From: Blastocystis sp. Blastoise | Taxonomy: Eukaryota; Protista; Bigyra: Opalinata | Direction of reading: 5' to 3' | Assembly: GCA_039096225.1 (NCBI GenBank) | Contig: JBBPEB010000015.1 | Coordinates: forward strand, 620,001 to 684,000 | DNA: 64,000 nucleotides | Shown: piece after piece, positions 1-18,795 of the stretch | Layout of the letters: every line of letters begins with the position of its first letter | Position numbering within the stretch: the stretch's first letter is position 1 | Made by a program: the position numbers and the translations under genes | Notes under the pieces: model-generated | What the model was told of the DNA's origin: nothing | Seen by the model: the letters and a program-made list of their open reading frames with translations, nothing else | Databases searched by the model: none

Positions 1-56
1 ATTTATTAAATATTTTTTAGTTGTTTTCCCTTAATAATAAGAAAAGAATAGAATAC

Positions 57-264
57 TGTTGTAATAATCTCTGTACAAACTGGAAATGGTCTTTTCAAGT
101 GATGATCTTTCAAGATGTTCAAGCATAGCGTAGCATATACTTCTGTTTTTACGAACTTGGCGAATACATTTAACATGTAATTCGGGTGCAATTGGAGATG
201 CTACAAGCCAGGGCCTTGATTTATTCATATAATTATCTGATCTATCCACATATTCACTTGACAT
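57..264 (-). CDS. First exon of an uncharacterised gene that runs off the left edge of the window
   Basis: ATG at 264 opens a compositionally normal frame (MSSEYVDRSDNYMNKSRPWLVASP...YRDYYN). A GTATTC donor and a T-rich intron-like tract follow. No family recognised. Confidence 0.65.
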
Positions 265-1154
265 TTTTATATTTAGATTATCTTTAAAAGGATATCAACA
301 AATATTTTTAAAAAAATATTTTTTTTTATAAATATATTTGTGTAAAAATGTTTCACTAATGAATACATTATAAATATAATATTTTTAGTTTATGATGATT
401 TTAAAAATAGATTAGAACAAAACAGCACATACTAATACACAATAACAAACAGATAAGATTAAGTTATTTGATAAATAATTATATACAAAAGCCAAAAAAA
501 AAAGAGGAGTAAAGAAGTGATATAAATATTCATCAAATAGCACATTTTCATAAGGAACAAAAAGTAAAATTAAATAAACAAAACAGAAAATGAAAATGAA
601 AACACAAGATTTTAAAAAAAAAAGTAAAATTTTAAAAGATTAAAAAATCTATATATATACATATATTATATTATATATATATATAAATGTATTTGAATGA
701 TAAAACTCATTTTACATACTCTCACAAATTATTTATATATATCAAAATATAATATAACTATGAGAAATAAGTATATTATATAACTGGCAAACTATTAAAA
801 AAATAATAAATATACATTATATATATGCTATATAAACAAAAATATTTAAACGTAAGAATAATAAGTATATATTATATATATATTATATAAAGGAGATAAC
901 ATTAATAGATAATGCAGCGAACGAGAATGAGAGAAAAGAAGAAATACAATAGTTCAAATAAATGTAATTTATTATCGAAAGATATGAATAAATAGATATA
1001 AATGAGTATATATATAGTTTATTATATATATATATATATATAATAAACTATATAGAGTATTCTTATAGAAAGATAAAAATAAGGAAATAAGGAATATTAA
1101 ATATATTATATTTGAATACTTTTATTCATAAAGATATATATATATAAATTCTTC

Positions 1155-2825
1155 TTAATTTGACTTCATTTCTTCTTTTGGAGGTTCACAATTGATTATA
1201 TTTTGTTTCTTTATAGTAGCAGATTCTACTTTAGGAGCAACTGAAGAATAATTAATATCTGGTTGACATAAATTATGTAATATAAATAAAGCATCATATA
1301 AACTAGGAACAAATATATTATTATAGAAATCTACAACATTTCCCACTGGAGGCTCAGGATTATTCTATATATATATATATAATTTTAATTTTAATGTTTC
1401 AAATATAAATAATAACTAATAAATAAATTAAATATTAAAAAAATAAATAAATAAATAAATAAATTAAATATTAAATAAATAAAAATAAATTAAATAAATA
1501 AATATACAGGTTCTGGACTAATATCGACTTCAAACCAGACTTTCTTAATATCACTGAAAGGAAATAATTCTTTAAATCTAGAATAAGGTTCAAGTAGATC
1601 TTTATAAACATCTAATATTTGATGAAATGTTATTTGTACCTGTTGAATCTTACAAATACCATAAAAAGCACATATTAAATACTGATCAATACAATGAGTA
1701 TTCAAATATAAACGATATTTTCCTTGAGCTATAGAATATATATAATATATTAACTAGAATTTAAAAAAAAAATTATTTTATTGAATATATATTAAAAATA
1801 ACTATAATAAATATATATATTAAAAATAACTATAATAAATATATATATTAAAAATAACTATAATAAATATATATATTAAAAATAACTATAATAAATATAT
1901 ATATTAAAAATAACTATAATAAATATATATATTAAAAATAACTATAATAAATAAATATATATATTAAAATAACTATAAACCATAATAAATAAATTTATAA
2001 AAATAAAACTTAATAAAAAAAATAAATACATAATAAATATTTCATAAGAGCCCATGTTCTTATAATAATAGGTGTATTTTCTAATTTAAACCATTTTACT
2101 AAGTAAACAAGACGAGCGCAACAATACATATGAGCAGCAGTAATTTTATGATCATCCATATAGAGTCCTGGAATACTTCCATTAACCATAGCTAAACGAA
2201 AAACAACCTCGTCAACAAATTCATGAGCTGAAAAAGGACTAAAAATATATTTAAAATAAATAAAATGAGAATAATAATTATTATTTTTTTAATTTATAAT
2301 AAATATATACCTTCCACAAATGAAAATAGTACTTAACTTTGGACAATACGCAAAAATTTCCCAAAAATTTTGATGACAACGTGTCATACACATAAATTCT
2401 GGAATACTGATATGTTGTAAATTAGCGCAGCGCCTAATGAATTAAAAAATAAAATAGATAATCATAATTTAGTGTTCGTATTATTTAAAAAAAAAATAAC
2501 TAATATAATGAATAATCACTTACCTACATAGACTAACAAACTCTTCATCTTTCATATATTGAAAATTAACCAAATTAAGAGTAGCAACTTTTCTAGTGTA
2601 CTATAGAAAAGAAAGACGTTTAAAAACTTAAGATAGGAAATAAGCAAGAAATATCATACATCATTCGAAATTTCATGAGTTAGCTTATTTATAGGTTCAA
2701 ATAGTTGAAAAAGCTCACCTAAAAGAAAAGAAACGTATACCATAGGAAATGTGTATCGTAAATAAAAACGACATACGAAAAGTTAAATATGAAGCAATAT
2801 GCTCGTAAATAGTTTTGTCAAACAT
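1155..2825 (-). CDS. F-box-like/LRR + retinoblastoma B-pocket (RB_B) fusion protein, 7 exons, 315 aa
   Basis: Exons 2825-2777, 2718-2660, 2600-2524, 2433-2311, 2238-2030, 1728-1508 and 1364-1155 join via GT..AG into one 948-nt frame. The N-term (IYEHIASYLTFRELFQLFEPINK) is F-box-like, followed by LRR-like RCANLQHISI and YCPKLSTIFI. The C-half matches RB_B (RTWALMKYLL..HCIDQYLICAFYGICKI..TFHQILDVYKDL..NVVDFYNNIFVP). Confidence 0.8.
1785..1978. repeat. 28-bp AT-rich minisatellite (TAAAAATAACTATAATAAATATATATAT, about 6.5 copies) inside an intron
   Basis: Units start at 1793, 1821, 1849, 1877, 1905 and 1933, plus a degenerate copy. Confidence 0.9.
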
Positions 2826-3472
2826 TGTAGACTAAAATAATTCTTAAAAAAATAATCTTTACTCTCGAAGTGACAAACAAAAAATACACATCAGTTACTT
2901 TTCTGTTCTGGTAGTCTTTTTAGGGAAACATTAAGTTTCCCGATTTCCCTAGACATGCCAAGTACATTCGTCAGATCAATTTTAACCAATTATATACAAC
3001 TATATTGTCGTTTCCTAATGACTATGAGATTTGTCATGCATTCGTGGGAAACTGGGGATTCATTCTCCATTTTATTATTACCATTCATTTTTTTTTCGTA
3101 TTATCGATTCTTCTTTCTCTCCATTGACTTTTTTCTAACTGCCTTTTTTTTTTTCGTCTTTATTATTCATTTAAAGTCGAATCATCTGTTGAAGATTTAA
3201 AATAAGACTTTTTCTATTGGATAATTTACATCCCAAAATGAATTCTTTTTCTATTCTTTCTAGAATTTATGGTCGATTTGTTTTTTTTTTATTTTTCATT
3301 GACCTATTTTTTATCCTTTTTTAAACTTATTTTTTTTCTTCTCTTTCTACACGAATCCTTTATTGTCGTTTTTTATTCATAAGTTCACAACTATAAAGGA
3401 TTATTCTGAATAACAAAATAAAAGCCTCAAAAACAAGTCACGGGTTTAAACACATTAATTAAAAAAAACTTT

Positions 3473-4356
3473 TCAAAACTTACTATTTTCTTCTTCACAT
3501 AAACTCTGAAGAATAGAGAAATCATCTATATACAACATTGATAAAGCTTCTACTTTTTGCCTATAAGAAACACCACCGTATCCTATAAATGCATCAACTA
3601 CAGACGCTGTTTCTACATCTGTCATTCCGTCTCCTATCATAACAACTAGATCTGATGGGTGACGCTCTTTTATCAACTTCACAACATGGAGTTTTCCTAG
3701 ATTTTTGCAAGTCAATTTAGAATGATCAAAGCTATCATAAGTACCATCGTCGTGAAAAGAAAGAGTATTACAAAAAATATGGTTGTCATCAAGATTTAAT
3801 TCCTTTTTGATTGGTTGAATCATTTCCAAGAATCCACCACTTATCAAAAAGATTTCCTTTTGAGATTTCTGTAAAAATCGAATAAAGCCTAAAACACCTA
3901 TAGAGAAAAAAATGAGATTCTCACGGGGATCTAGAAAAGGTTTTAAAAGTTTTAAATTAACAAATAAGAGAAATAGTTTCTACCTTTTGTGTAATGAATG
4001 GGAAATTTTTGAATAAACGAAGAGAAAGATTGTTGAGTTGGCTTTATGATATCTAATCGTTTCTCAAGTGATTTCTCATAATTAATTTCACCTAACATTG
4101 CCCTTTAAATATAATTTAATAACATTTTTGTAATAAAAAAAATATTAATAAGAAAAAATGAAATTACTACTTGATAAACTTACTGATTGGTGATTTTCTT
4201 TATAAATTCTAGTTGACTGAGATTACAATTATATTGAGCAAATTGTTCAAGACCTTCATGTTGACTTATTGTACTATCAACATCGAAACAGACAACTTTT
4301 GAGTTTTTAAGTACAGAAATAGCTTTGTAAGGGTTATATCCTTTCAAAGATATCAT
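3473..4356 (-). CDS. PSPH: Phosphoserine phosphatase (HAD family, PSPH/SerB-like), 3 exons
   Basis: HAD motif I VCFDVDST, motif II LISGGF and motif IV MIGDGMTD, plus FIGYGG. Two GT..AG introns keep the frame. The track's start at 4368 is TTG; the first ATG is at 4356. Confidence 0.92.
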
Positions 4357-4708
4357 ATTGGCATTCAAACTATGTCTTCAATTGGACAATAATGTAATGA
4401 TTGATATTTTTTATAACAAAAACAATAATATTTATATATATACAACAAATTATACAAATAAGAACAATAGACAGAACGGAATCAAAGGATTAATGAATAT
4501 ATATAGATATATAAAACAATAATTTATGAGTATTAAAAAAAAAGTAAGAAAAGAAAAAAAAACAAGGAAATATATAATTTTAAAATGAGAAATCATGAAT
4601 AAATCACAATTATTTTTCAATTTAGTATAGATGGAAATAATCAAATGAGTTACAATAGATGAGATGAATAAGGAACTGATTAAAGAATAACTAGTTAGGT
4701 TAATAGAG

Positions 4709-7700
4709 TTATTCAACAAATTTCGATAAAGATTCTGTGATTGTAGATATGGAAGTTAATGTTTTGATATATTCTTCAATGATTTCTTCTGAAGGTATGT
4801 TTCTAGGTTCATAGAAATAAAAGTAATCTTCATTTGATAATTCATATAAGGCAGATTCTGAATCATTAGTAATTAAACAAATAAATGACTTATTAATATA
4901 AGATTTTGTTAATGATTTATTTGTGTTATTGATGATATCTTTAATAGAAAGTAAACTATTGACAATTTGTATAGTTTTATAATCAACTGTATGTGAATCA
5001 TTCATTTCATTTTGTTTCTCTATAGAGGAACAGTATTTTTGCACAATCATCAATAATTTATTATAAATAAGACAAATATTAGCAAAACATTCTAAATCTT
5101 CTTGAACAGAATTCATAGTAATATATTCACAACATCTAGATAAAAGAAGTATTATTTGAGATATGAATGAACGTAAATATTCAATTTTCTTCATAGACGT
5201 ACACATATTTAATAAGATTTGAACTGTACTATAAACAAATAATCTTGAAGCATTATTTGAAATAAAGGAGAATAACCACGGTAAAATAGAATAATCATTA
5301 TAAAGTTTTTGTGCTAAACGAGGAATAGTAGAAACTCTCAATAACATTAAGAAGAATAATTTCTTCGAATAAACATCAGAAATTGAACTAGAAACAAAAA
5401 GTGATAATTGTGAAATAACATGTCTTCGTTTGAATATCTTAAAATCTTGTTCACGTTGTAATCCTTTAAATAAAACTCTTAATAGCCATGCACGTTCTTG
5501 CTTATAATCAGTAGTACCACTTCCAAATAATTGATAAAACATAGGTACATCTAATAAATCAATAGAAGGTCTACTTAATAAGAATCGATTCAAAGGAGTA
5601 TATAATGTATGACTAGGTCTTAATAATATACCACAAGATTCAGATATAAAAGTAGCTAATAAAGGAGAAAGAAGAGTAGAAGGAGTCTCTAAAGAATTAC
5701 GTAAAGAACGAAGTAATAATAATATCTATAGATATAATAAAAAGTTAAAATATATAACGGAAATATATAGTATTATTCATTTTTATTATTATTATAAATA
5801 ATTATTATTATAAATAATGATAAAAAATATACTTAACATAAATATATTAAATATAATAAATATAATAAATATAATAAATATATTAAATATAATAAATATA
5901 ATAAATATAATAAATATAATAATCAATATAAATAAAATATAATATTATTAATAATAAAAAAAATACTTGTGAGACTTCCCAGAAATCAGCCTTTAATAAT
6001 AATTCCCAAATACTTTCTAATAAATCACTTGCTAAGGAATGTATATGTTTTTCTTTACATGATAAGCATATAGTTAAATACCCTACAATACCTTGAGAGA
6101 TAACATGACGAAGATTCAAAGTAGAATGTAATATATAATACTTTAAAAGAGGAAGGAAGAAAGAAGGATCGATAAATAACACACAATCACGAGTATTCTG
6201 TAATAATAACTCTAGTGGAGTTGTTAATATATATTGTAATGAATTCTTATCATATGTACTTTCATCTATTTTATTCAATTTCTTCTTCATACTATTACTA
6301 TCTTTCTCATTTCCATGAGAATTCTTTCCTTTTTCTTCCTCTTCACTTTCAGAACTACTCGTCTCCCAACTAGAACTTAATGTTGATGACGAACTGACAC
6401 TCGATGCGTCATCTTCTTTATCTTTCTTTGAACTTGTGTTCTTCTTTATATTCTTTATCTTTTTCTTCTTATCTTCATGTTCATCATCACTACTATTATC
6501 ACTACTACTACTACTACTGTCACTACTACTACTACTATTACTACTACTACTAGAATCATCATCCTCATTATCAGATTCAATAGCCATTCTCTTCTCTTCT
6601 AAAGCCTTCTTCTTCTCTAATTTCATCTTCTCTTGTTTCTCTATATCTATATATATAGGAAATGACTCAATACTATGTCTAAAACGTAAAGAAGGTACTT
6701 CTTCAAAGAACCAATCAAACTCTATATGTATGTCTTTATCAACATCTTGAGTACGAGCAAAAGAACCAAATACCCATTGTACTATATCTAAATTTATAGG
6801 ATTATTATATTTATATAAATCTATAAAGATATTACGTATAACTAAATCTAAAGGAGAATAAGAAATACTATAACAAGATAATAAAGTATTTAAAAATGGC
6901 TTTGTACATAATTCAGGTTTCTTTTCAAATATTAATTTAAATAATGATAAAATAATAACACTATATTGATAATTATCTTTATTATATGTAGTCCATCTTT
7001 CTTTTATATATTGTTCATTAGAACTTAATCTACATTTACGTATATTATTAATAACATTTGTAAAAGATGAATGAGATGTTATCATACTATATACTTTCTC
7101 CATAGAATAATCTTCTACTAATTTATTTGAATCACCATTCTTTAATACATTAGTATTATTCCATAATACATTTAATAAATTATATAATATATTCATACTA
7201 TGTGAACAAAGTAATTGACTCTTTAAACATTGTTTTATACATTTATTCACGGTATCTGGATGATCTATAAATACTTGTAAAACACCTTTAGGACAAAGAT
7301 CAAATAATAATAATAAATCTTTAATAATTCGTTCATTATATATAGTACAACAACGACTAGTTTCTATATATCCATGTTGATTTTGTTCATATAAATGTAT
7401 TAATACTTCATTCTTCTTCTTCTCTGCTTCTTCTTCTTCTTTATCATTCTTTAATTCATATTCATATGCTTTATTACTCCATTGTTTACATATAGTTTGT
7501 AAACCACGACGAATTAGTTGACATATAATACTAATAATATCTTTATTCTCTTCTTTTTCTATCTCCATATTATTCTTATTATCTACTAAATGACTAGCTT
7601 CATCTAATTCATTCATATGTATTAAATATTCTACAATAAGAACAAATAAATGATAATGATCATATTTATATATAGAAGCTTTAGATCCTACAGGAAGAAT

Positions 7701-9569
7701 ATCTTTAATTAACTTTAATAATGTTTCTTGAGTAGAAACAATACATTCAGGATAATACTGTAAGAAGAATTGACCATATTCTAATGTATATTCACATTCA
7801 TCATTCTTTATACTATTTATATATATATCAAATAATTGAGGAGTAATATGTTGTAATATATTATAATATAAATGAGAAGGTATAGATAATAAAGCAATAT
7901 AAAGTATATTTATATAATAACCAGGATTCTTTTTAAACTTAGATAAATATTTCTCATTATCAAATAATAAATCTATAAATAACATTGATATATTACTATC
8001 TAACATAAATAATAAATCTAAAAATTGTCTGAAAATAGTGTCAGAACAATTCTTTATACAGATTGTCATAATATCTTCATCTATATACTCCATAAGGAAT
8101 AAAAAGTCATATTTATATATCTTTGAATTAATAGCTACTATATTCTTCTTATATAAATGTTCATGTTTTGATTCTTTATCGTTCTTTGTAAGTATTATAT
8201 TATTTTGAATATTATAATCATATATATATTTACAGAAAGAACGATATAAAATACGAATTAATACTTTTTGTTGATCTTTTTCTTTCTTTATAATATTAAT
8301 TAAACGTATATATATATCCTTATTTAAAGGTAATACTAATTCTATTATTTCATCTTTTAATAATAATTGAATATCTTCTTCTTTAATTCTATCTAATATT
8401 AATGTATATATAGACATTTGTAAATCTATAGGCAACTTTTGATAAAGAGTTAATAATAATTGTATAGAGAAACAATTTAATTCTTTATTTAATTGAATAC
8501 CTTCAGTAATTATAGTATCTTGATTATCACTATTACATATATAATATAGTAATAAATCTATATTTAAAGACATTGAGTTTATAGTAGAAAAACCAATAGA
8601 TTTAAATAGAGTAATAAGAGTAGAAGTAAACGGTGTATTTGGAATATGTATTAACTTTTGTATATATATATTATGAATAACATTTATATATATATCTTCA
8701 TTATCTTGTAATAATATAGATAAATATTTATTAATAAGTTGATTCATATGACTCAAGAAACTATTTGAACAAGGAATACCTAATGTAGAATAATAATAAA
8801 GGATTCGAAAGAAGAAATTCATTCGAATTTCAATTTCTAAACAAGTTTTTGGAATATTTTCTAGTAACCAATTAAATACATTTTCATTCTCTATAGCAAA
8901 AGCAATAGAACAATTATTAAGAGCAAGTGTTGATAAGGGTAAGAAGCATGATAAAAATTGATAGTTTTCTATATACATTGGTTTTACTTGTTGATTCTCA
9001 TTTATATTAATAAGTAAAGGTAATGTGAAATTACGGAAATATATATGAAAGAAAGAAGAATCTTTAATAGTAATAGATTGTCTAGATGATGAAGTAGACG
9101 AAATCATATTAATTAAGAAAGGTAAGAAATGTAGAATATAATCAATAACAGCAGGAGATTCAACATAACGAGAATTACTTTCTGAAATATGTTTATATAT
9201 ACTAATTAATAAAGGATCAAATTGAAAATCCCAAAAGCCTCCTTTATAAGGGGAAACCGTGGAATCAGAATAGTGTTTCGCTAAGATTTGAATAGAAGGA
9301 GCAAATGAAGGTATATAAAGTAATAATGTAGATAAAGTAGATATATAATTAAATAAACAAGGAACTTTATATTTTTGAGATACATAAAGAAGAGATATAT
9401 AGAAAGGAGGGAGTAATATTGATGATTGTGTTAATATAGGAAGATATCTATATATATATAGAGAAATCTATTATTAATTATTAATGATTTTTTTGTATTG
9501 TTATATATTTATTTTTATGTTTATTTTTAGGTTTATTTTTAGTAAAATAGAAAATAAATATAAATATAA

Positions 9570-9634
<65 letters not shown>

Positions 9635-12561
9635 TACTTGAGTTTATTAAGGAAAGTATCTTTAAGTGTATATAAGAAATAAGGAATAAAATCATCTTGA
9701 AGAGCTAATGTTAGAGCCAGTTTGCCAAGATCCCCCATATAAGCCTCTTGCGTTAAACTAAACACGTGACCATTCTAAAGATAATATATATATATAGACT
9801 ATAATTAATAGAAATATTATAATTATAGATACCATATAAACTGAATAAAATAAAAATAAATTATAAAAAATATATATATATATACTTGTAACAAAATAAC
9901 AATAAGATCAAATGCCAGTTTATACATATCTGATGTCTTATCAATATATATCATAAAGTTTAATAAAACAAATAATGCAGTATCTTCAATATGTGTATCT
10001 TTAACATATGTATATAGATTATCATTATCTTTCTCTATATATAATAATACTTGAAATAAAGAAGTAATCACAGATTGCATCCGTTGAACTTCATTATTTT
10101 CTATATATATATTCTTCATTACTCTTTCTTTATCTAATTTCATATATAATGATAAAACACTTGTAATCATACGGGGATCAATATATATATAATTATATAA
10201 ATCTTTATAAATATTACTATAAATATGAATAATAAATTCTAATTTCTTAAATATATTCATATATGAATATTGTATTTCATTATTTTGTTTATCTTTCTCT
10301 TCTTCTTCTATAATACGTCGTTGTATATCGTTATCTAATCCTTTAGTAACATCAAAATTCATTTGAAGATCCCCAAGGGAATCGGCATCTTTTGAAGTAT
10401 TCGATTCAACATTTGAAGTAGTAATAATAGTAATATCTTTATTATTATTCTCATCAGATATACTCTTCTCTTTCATCTCTATAACATAAGTCTTATATTC
10501 TCCTAATAAATAACTATATAAAGGAGTCAAGGCACCATATAAATTGAGAATAGAAGAAAAATATTTATAATAATCTTGTAAATTAAAAGACTTTTTAGCT
10601 ATACAATAAATGTTAATTAGGAAATATCATTCATAGATTATAGAGTATAATAAGCTTATAAACAGTAGAATAATTAAAATAAAGAATAGAAATAGATAAT
10701 CAGAATAATACTATATATGTATATATATACCTTCAGTAAACATTTGAGATAGTTTTTGTCCAGTAGTATAGATCTTTTCAATAGATATATATGCTAATAA
10801 TAAACTATAATATATAACACGGAGATTCTGGCTCTGAAGACCTTTTACTAATAACTATATAGTAATATATTTATTAATATATTCTAAATTATTTTATTAT
10901 TCTATTTATTAGAATTATTATTATATTTATATTATAATAAAAAAAGGAGTATTTGTAAATATAATAAAATATAATATAAATATAAATATAATATAAATAT
11001 AATATAAATATAATAAAATATAATATAAATATAATAAAATATAATAAAATATAATAAAATATAATAAAATATAATAAAATATAATAAAATATAATAAAAT
11101 ATAATAAAATATAATAAAATATAATATAAATAAAATTCTATTAATATATATATATATACTTGTCTATTAATGGAAGTAGGTAATATCCAAGCATGTAATT
11201 CTTCATAAAATTTATTCATATTATTATTATACATATCTATACAATCTTCAGGTAATACAGTTTCTAATCGAATCATATTTGTAATTAATTGAACATTCTT
11301 TACCCAAGCATCCGAGTCCCGCGGTTCTAGTATATATTTATTGGACTTAAATACACTAGCTAATAAATGAGGATGAATCTGTAATATTTGTAAATATAAT
11401 TGCTTTTGATAATATTCAGAAGTAGGATTTAAGGATAAAATCACTTTCTGAGGAATCGAAGGAATAGGAGAAGAAAATTGTAAATGAGAAAATGATTTAT
11501 ATATAGAATAAGACTGATTTCCAAATAAAGATAATAAGAAGTAATGTATATACACCTTAGATTTATCAGTTTTATTATAACATGATAAAAAATTAGAAAT
11601 TAACACGGGAGAAAATAAACTCTGTTTTGTATTTATAGAAATCTCTGTATTTTGAATAATATATTTATCCACAGCATATAAAATCTATATAGAATTATTA
11701 TTAATATTATTAATATTATAAATGTTATAAATATTATAAATATTATAAATATTATTAATATTATAAATATTATAAATATTATAAATATAATACTATATAT
11801 ATACTTCTCGACATAAAACTTCAGAATCAAGATGAGTGTTACCAATAAATACTTTCATAAGATCTTTATTGGCACACAATTGTTTCGACGATGAGGGATC
11901 GTTACGTAAAACACTACAGATAAAACGGCAACTACGATAACGTGTCTTTTTATCACTAATAGCACTTGGAATCACTTTTAATGTATATATAGGTATCTTT
12001 GCACTAATTAACTTTACAGCACCCTCACCAATATCGGCAATATTTCCTAATAACTTGTATACACAATTAATAATATCTTTATCTTGACCACTCAAAATCG
12101 ACAATAATTCATTACTATGCTTGTTTAATATACTAATAGAAACCTTCTTCTTCCAAGCATCATTCGTTGAATAAAAAATTGCATTACCAAATAAATCTAT
12201 TAAAGACTTAAACGCAGGAATAGCAGAATTCTATACATATATATATAATTTTTTATAAATAAATTTGTAAGATCAATGTAAAATAATATTTCATATAATA
12301 TACGCCTTCTAAATCTTTCCAAATACTAAATAGTTCCACAGCATCGGGAGAAGAAGCGATGTATTCATCTAAAAGAGACTTTAGACCATTCTCCAACTTT
12401 CCATCCTTATTTCTATTCTTGTAGATCTCAAAAGAATTATTAAAATCAAGAAGACCTAAGAAGAAATATACTAGTTTTTATATTTTAGTCATACCATTAT
12501 TAATCTCCTCAGTGCTATCACTGTTTAACTTTCGGATAATAGCTTTTAATTCCATAGCCAT
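4709..12561 (-). CDS. URB1: Nucleolar pre-ribosomal-associated protein 1 (URB1/Npa1)-like, about 9 exons
   Basis: C-terminal NopRA1-like motif RPSIDLLDVPMFYQLFGS..YKQERAWLLRVLFKGL...DFKIFKRRHV and FIDPSFFLP; N-terminal EYIASSPDAVELFSIW. All exons join through GT..AG in frame. Contains an acidic/Ser-rich insert. Confidence 0.82.
11025..11125. repeat. (ATAATAAAAT)n 10-bp tandem repeat in a URB1 intron
   Basis: About 9 perfect copies visible. Confidence 0.9.
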
Positions 12562-13051
12562 GATTATACAGTGAAGAGAAAATTATATCTCTTTATCCAA
12601 CAAAAACCAAAATTTATTTCCCGAGGTTATTCATACACTCATACCTTTAGTTTTTAATACTTTCGGAAAAATAAATAAAAGTCGATTATTCACAAATAGA
12701 ATAATATTAGAAAGACATTTAGTGCATAAATGCTATTAGGACGTTTTGATTCATATAGAAAGTGCTTTAGAAAACCAAAAAAACTCAACTAGATATAAAT
12801 ACCCTTACATACTCTATAATAAAACACGAAATCGTGTTTGGAATATCAGAGAGATATCTATAAAATGATGTAGTAAAATAAAATAGATGTTTCATCCACT
12901 TTTGAAAACAAATTGATAAAAACAGAAATAAAAATGAAAATAATGAATTATAGAAATAAAATAAAATCTTATATATTCAATAATAGAATAAGAAATCTAA
13001 AAATTTATAATAATAAAATAATCTATAAATAATCTATTGGTTGTTGTCGAT

Positions 13052-18348
<5,297 letters not shown>

Positions 18349-18795
18349 TAGATCAGCAAATGTGTAAAACAAAGAATTCACATGACAATATTCTTGTTGC
18401 TCGTGTCCTATTTAACGTTTTCTAGGATTAATCATTCATATAGATCCTCAAGGATATACTTCACTGAATGATTTGTTAAGGATATTTATCAGAGAAATAT
18501 CCTTTTTCAAGAAATTATTTTGTTTTTAATAAATTCAATGCTTTTACTCAAAGTTAAGATTATAAACGATGTTTTTTTTAATATAGAAAATGTCATGTTT
18601 TCTAGTTTATAAACATTTCATTTTAGAAAATTGTGTTGTGTTTATATTTTCATATGAGCTATTTATTTTTAAATATACGAAAATTGAAGAACTCCACAAC
18701 ATTTAGCATAACATTTAATAGTTGAATAGTATCAAACAAACAAACAAAATACAAGATAAAATAAAATTATTAAAACTATATATTATATGTATAGT

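Noticed and set aside
1785-1978. 28-bp repeat as a CRISPR-like array
   Set aside because: No spacers; it is a plain intronic minisatellite in a eukaryote.
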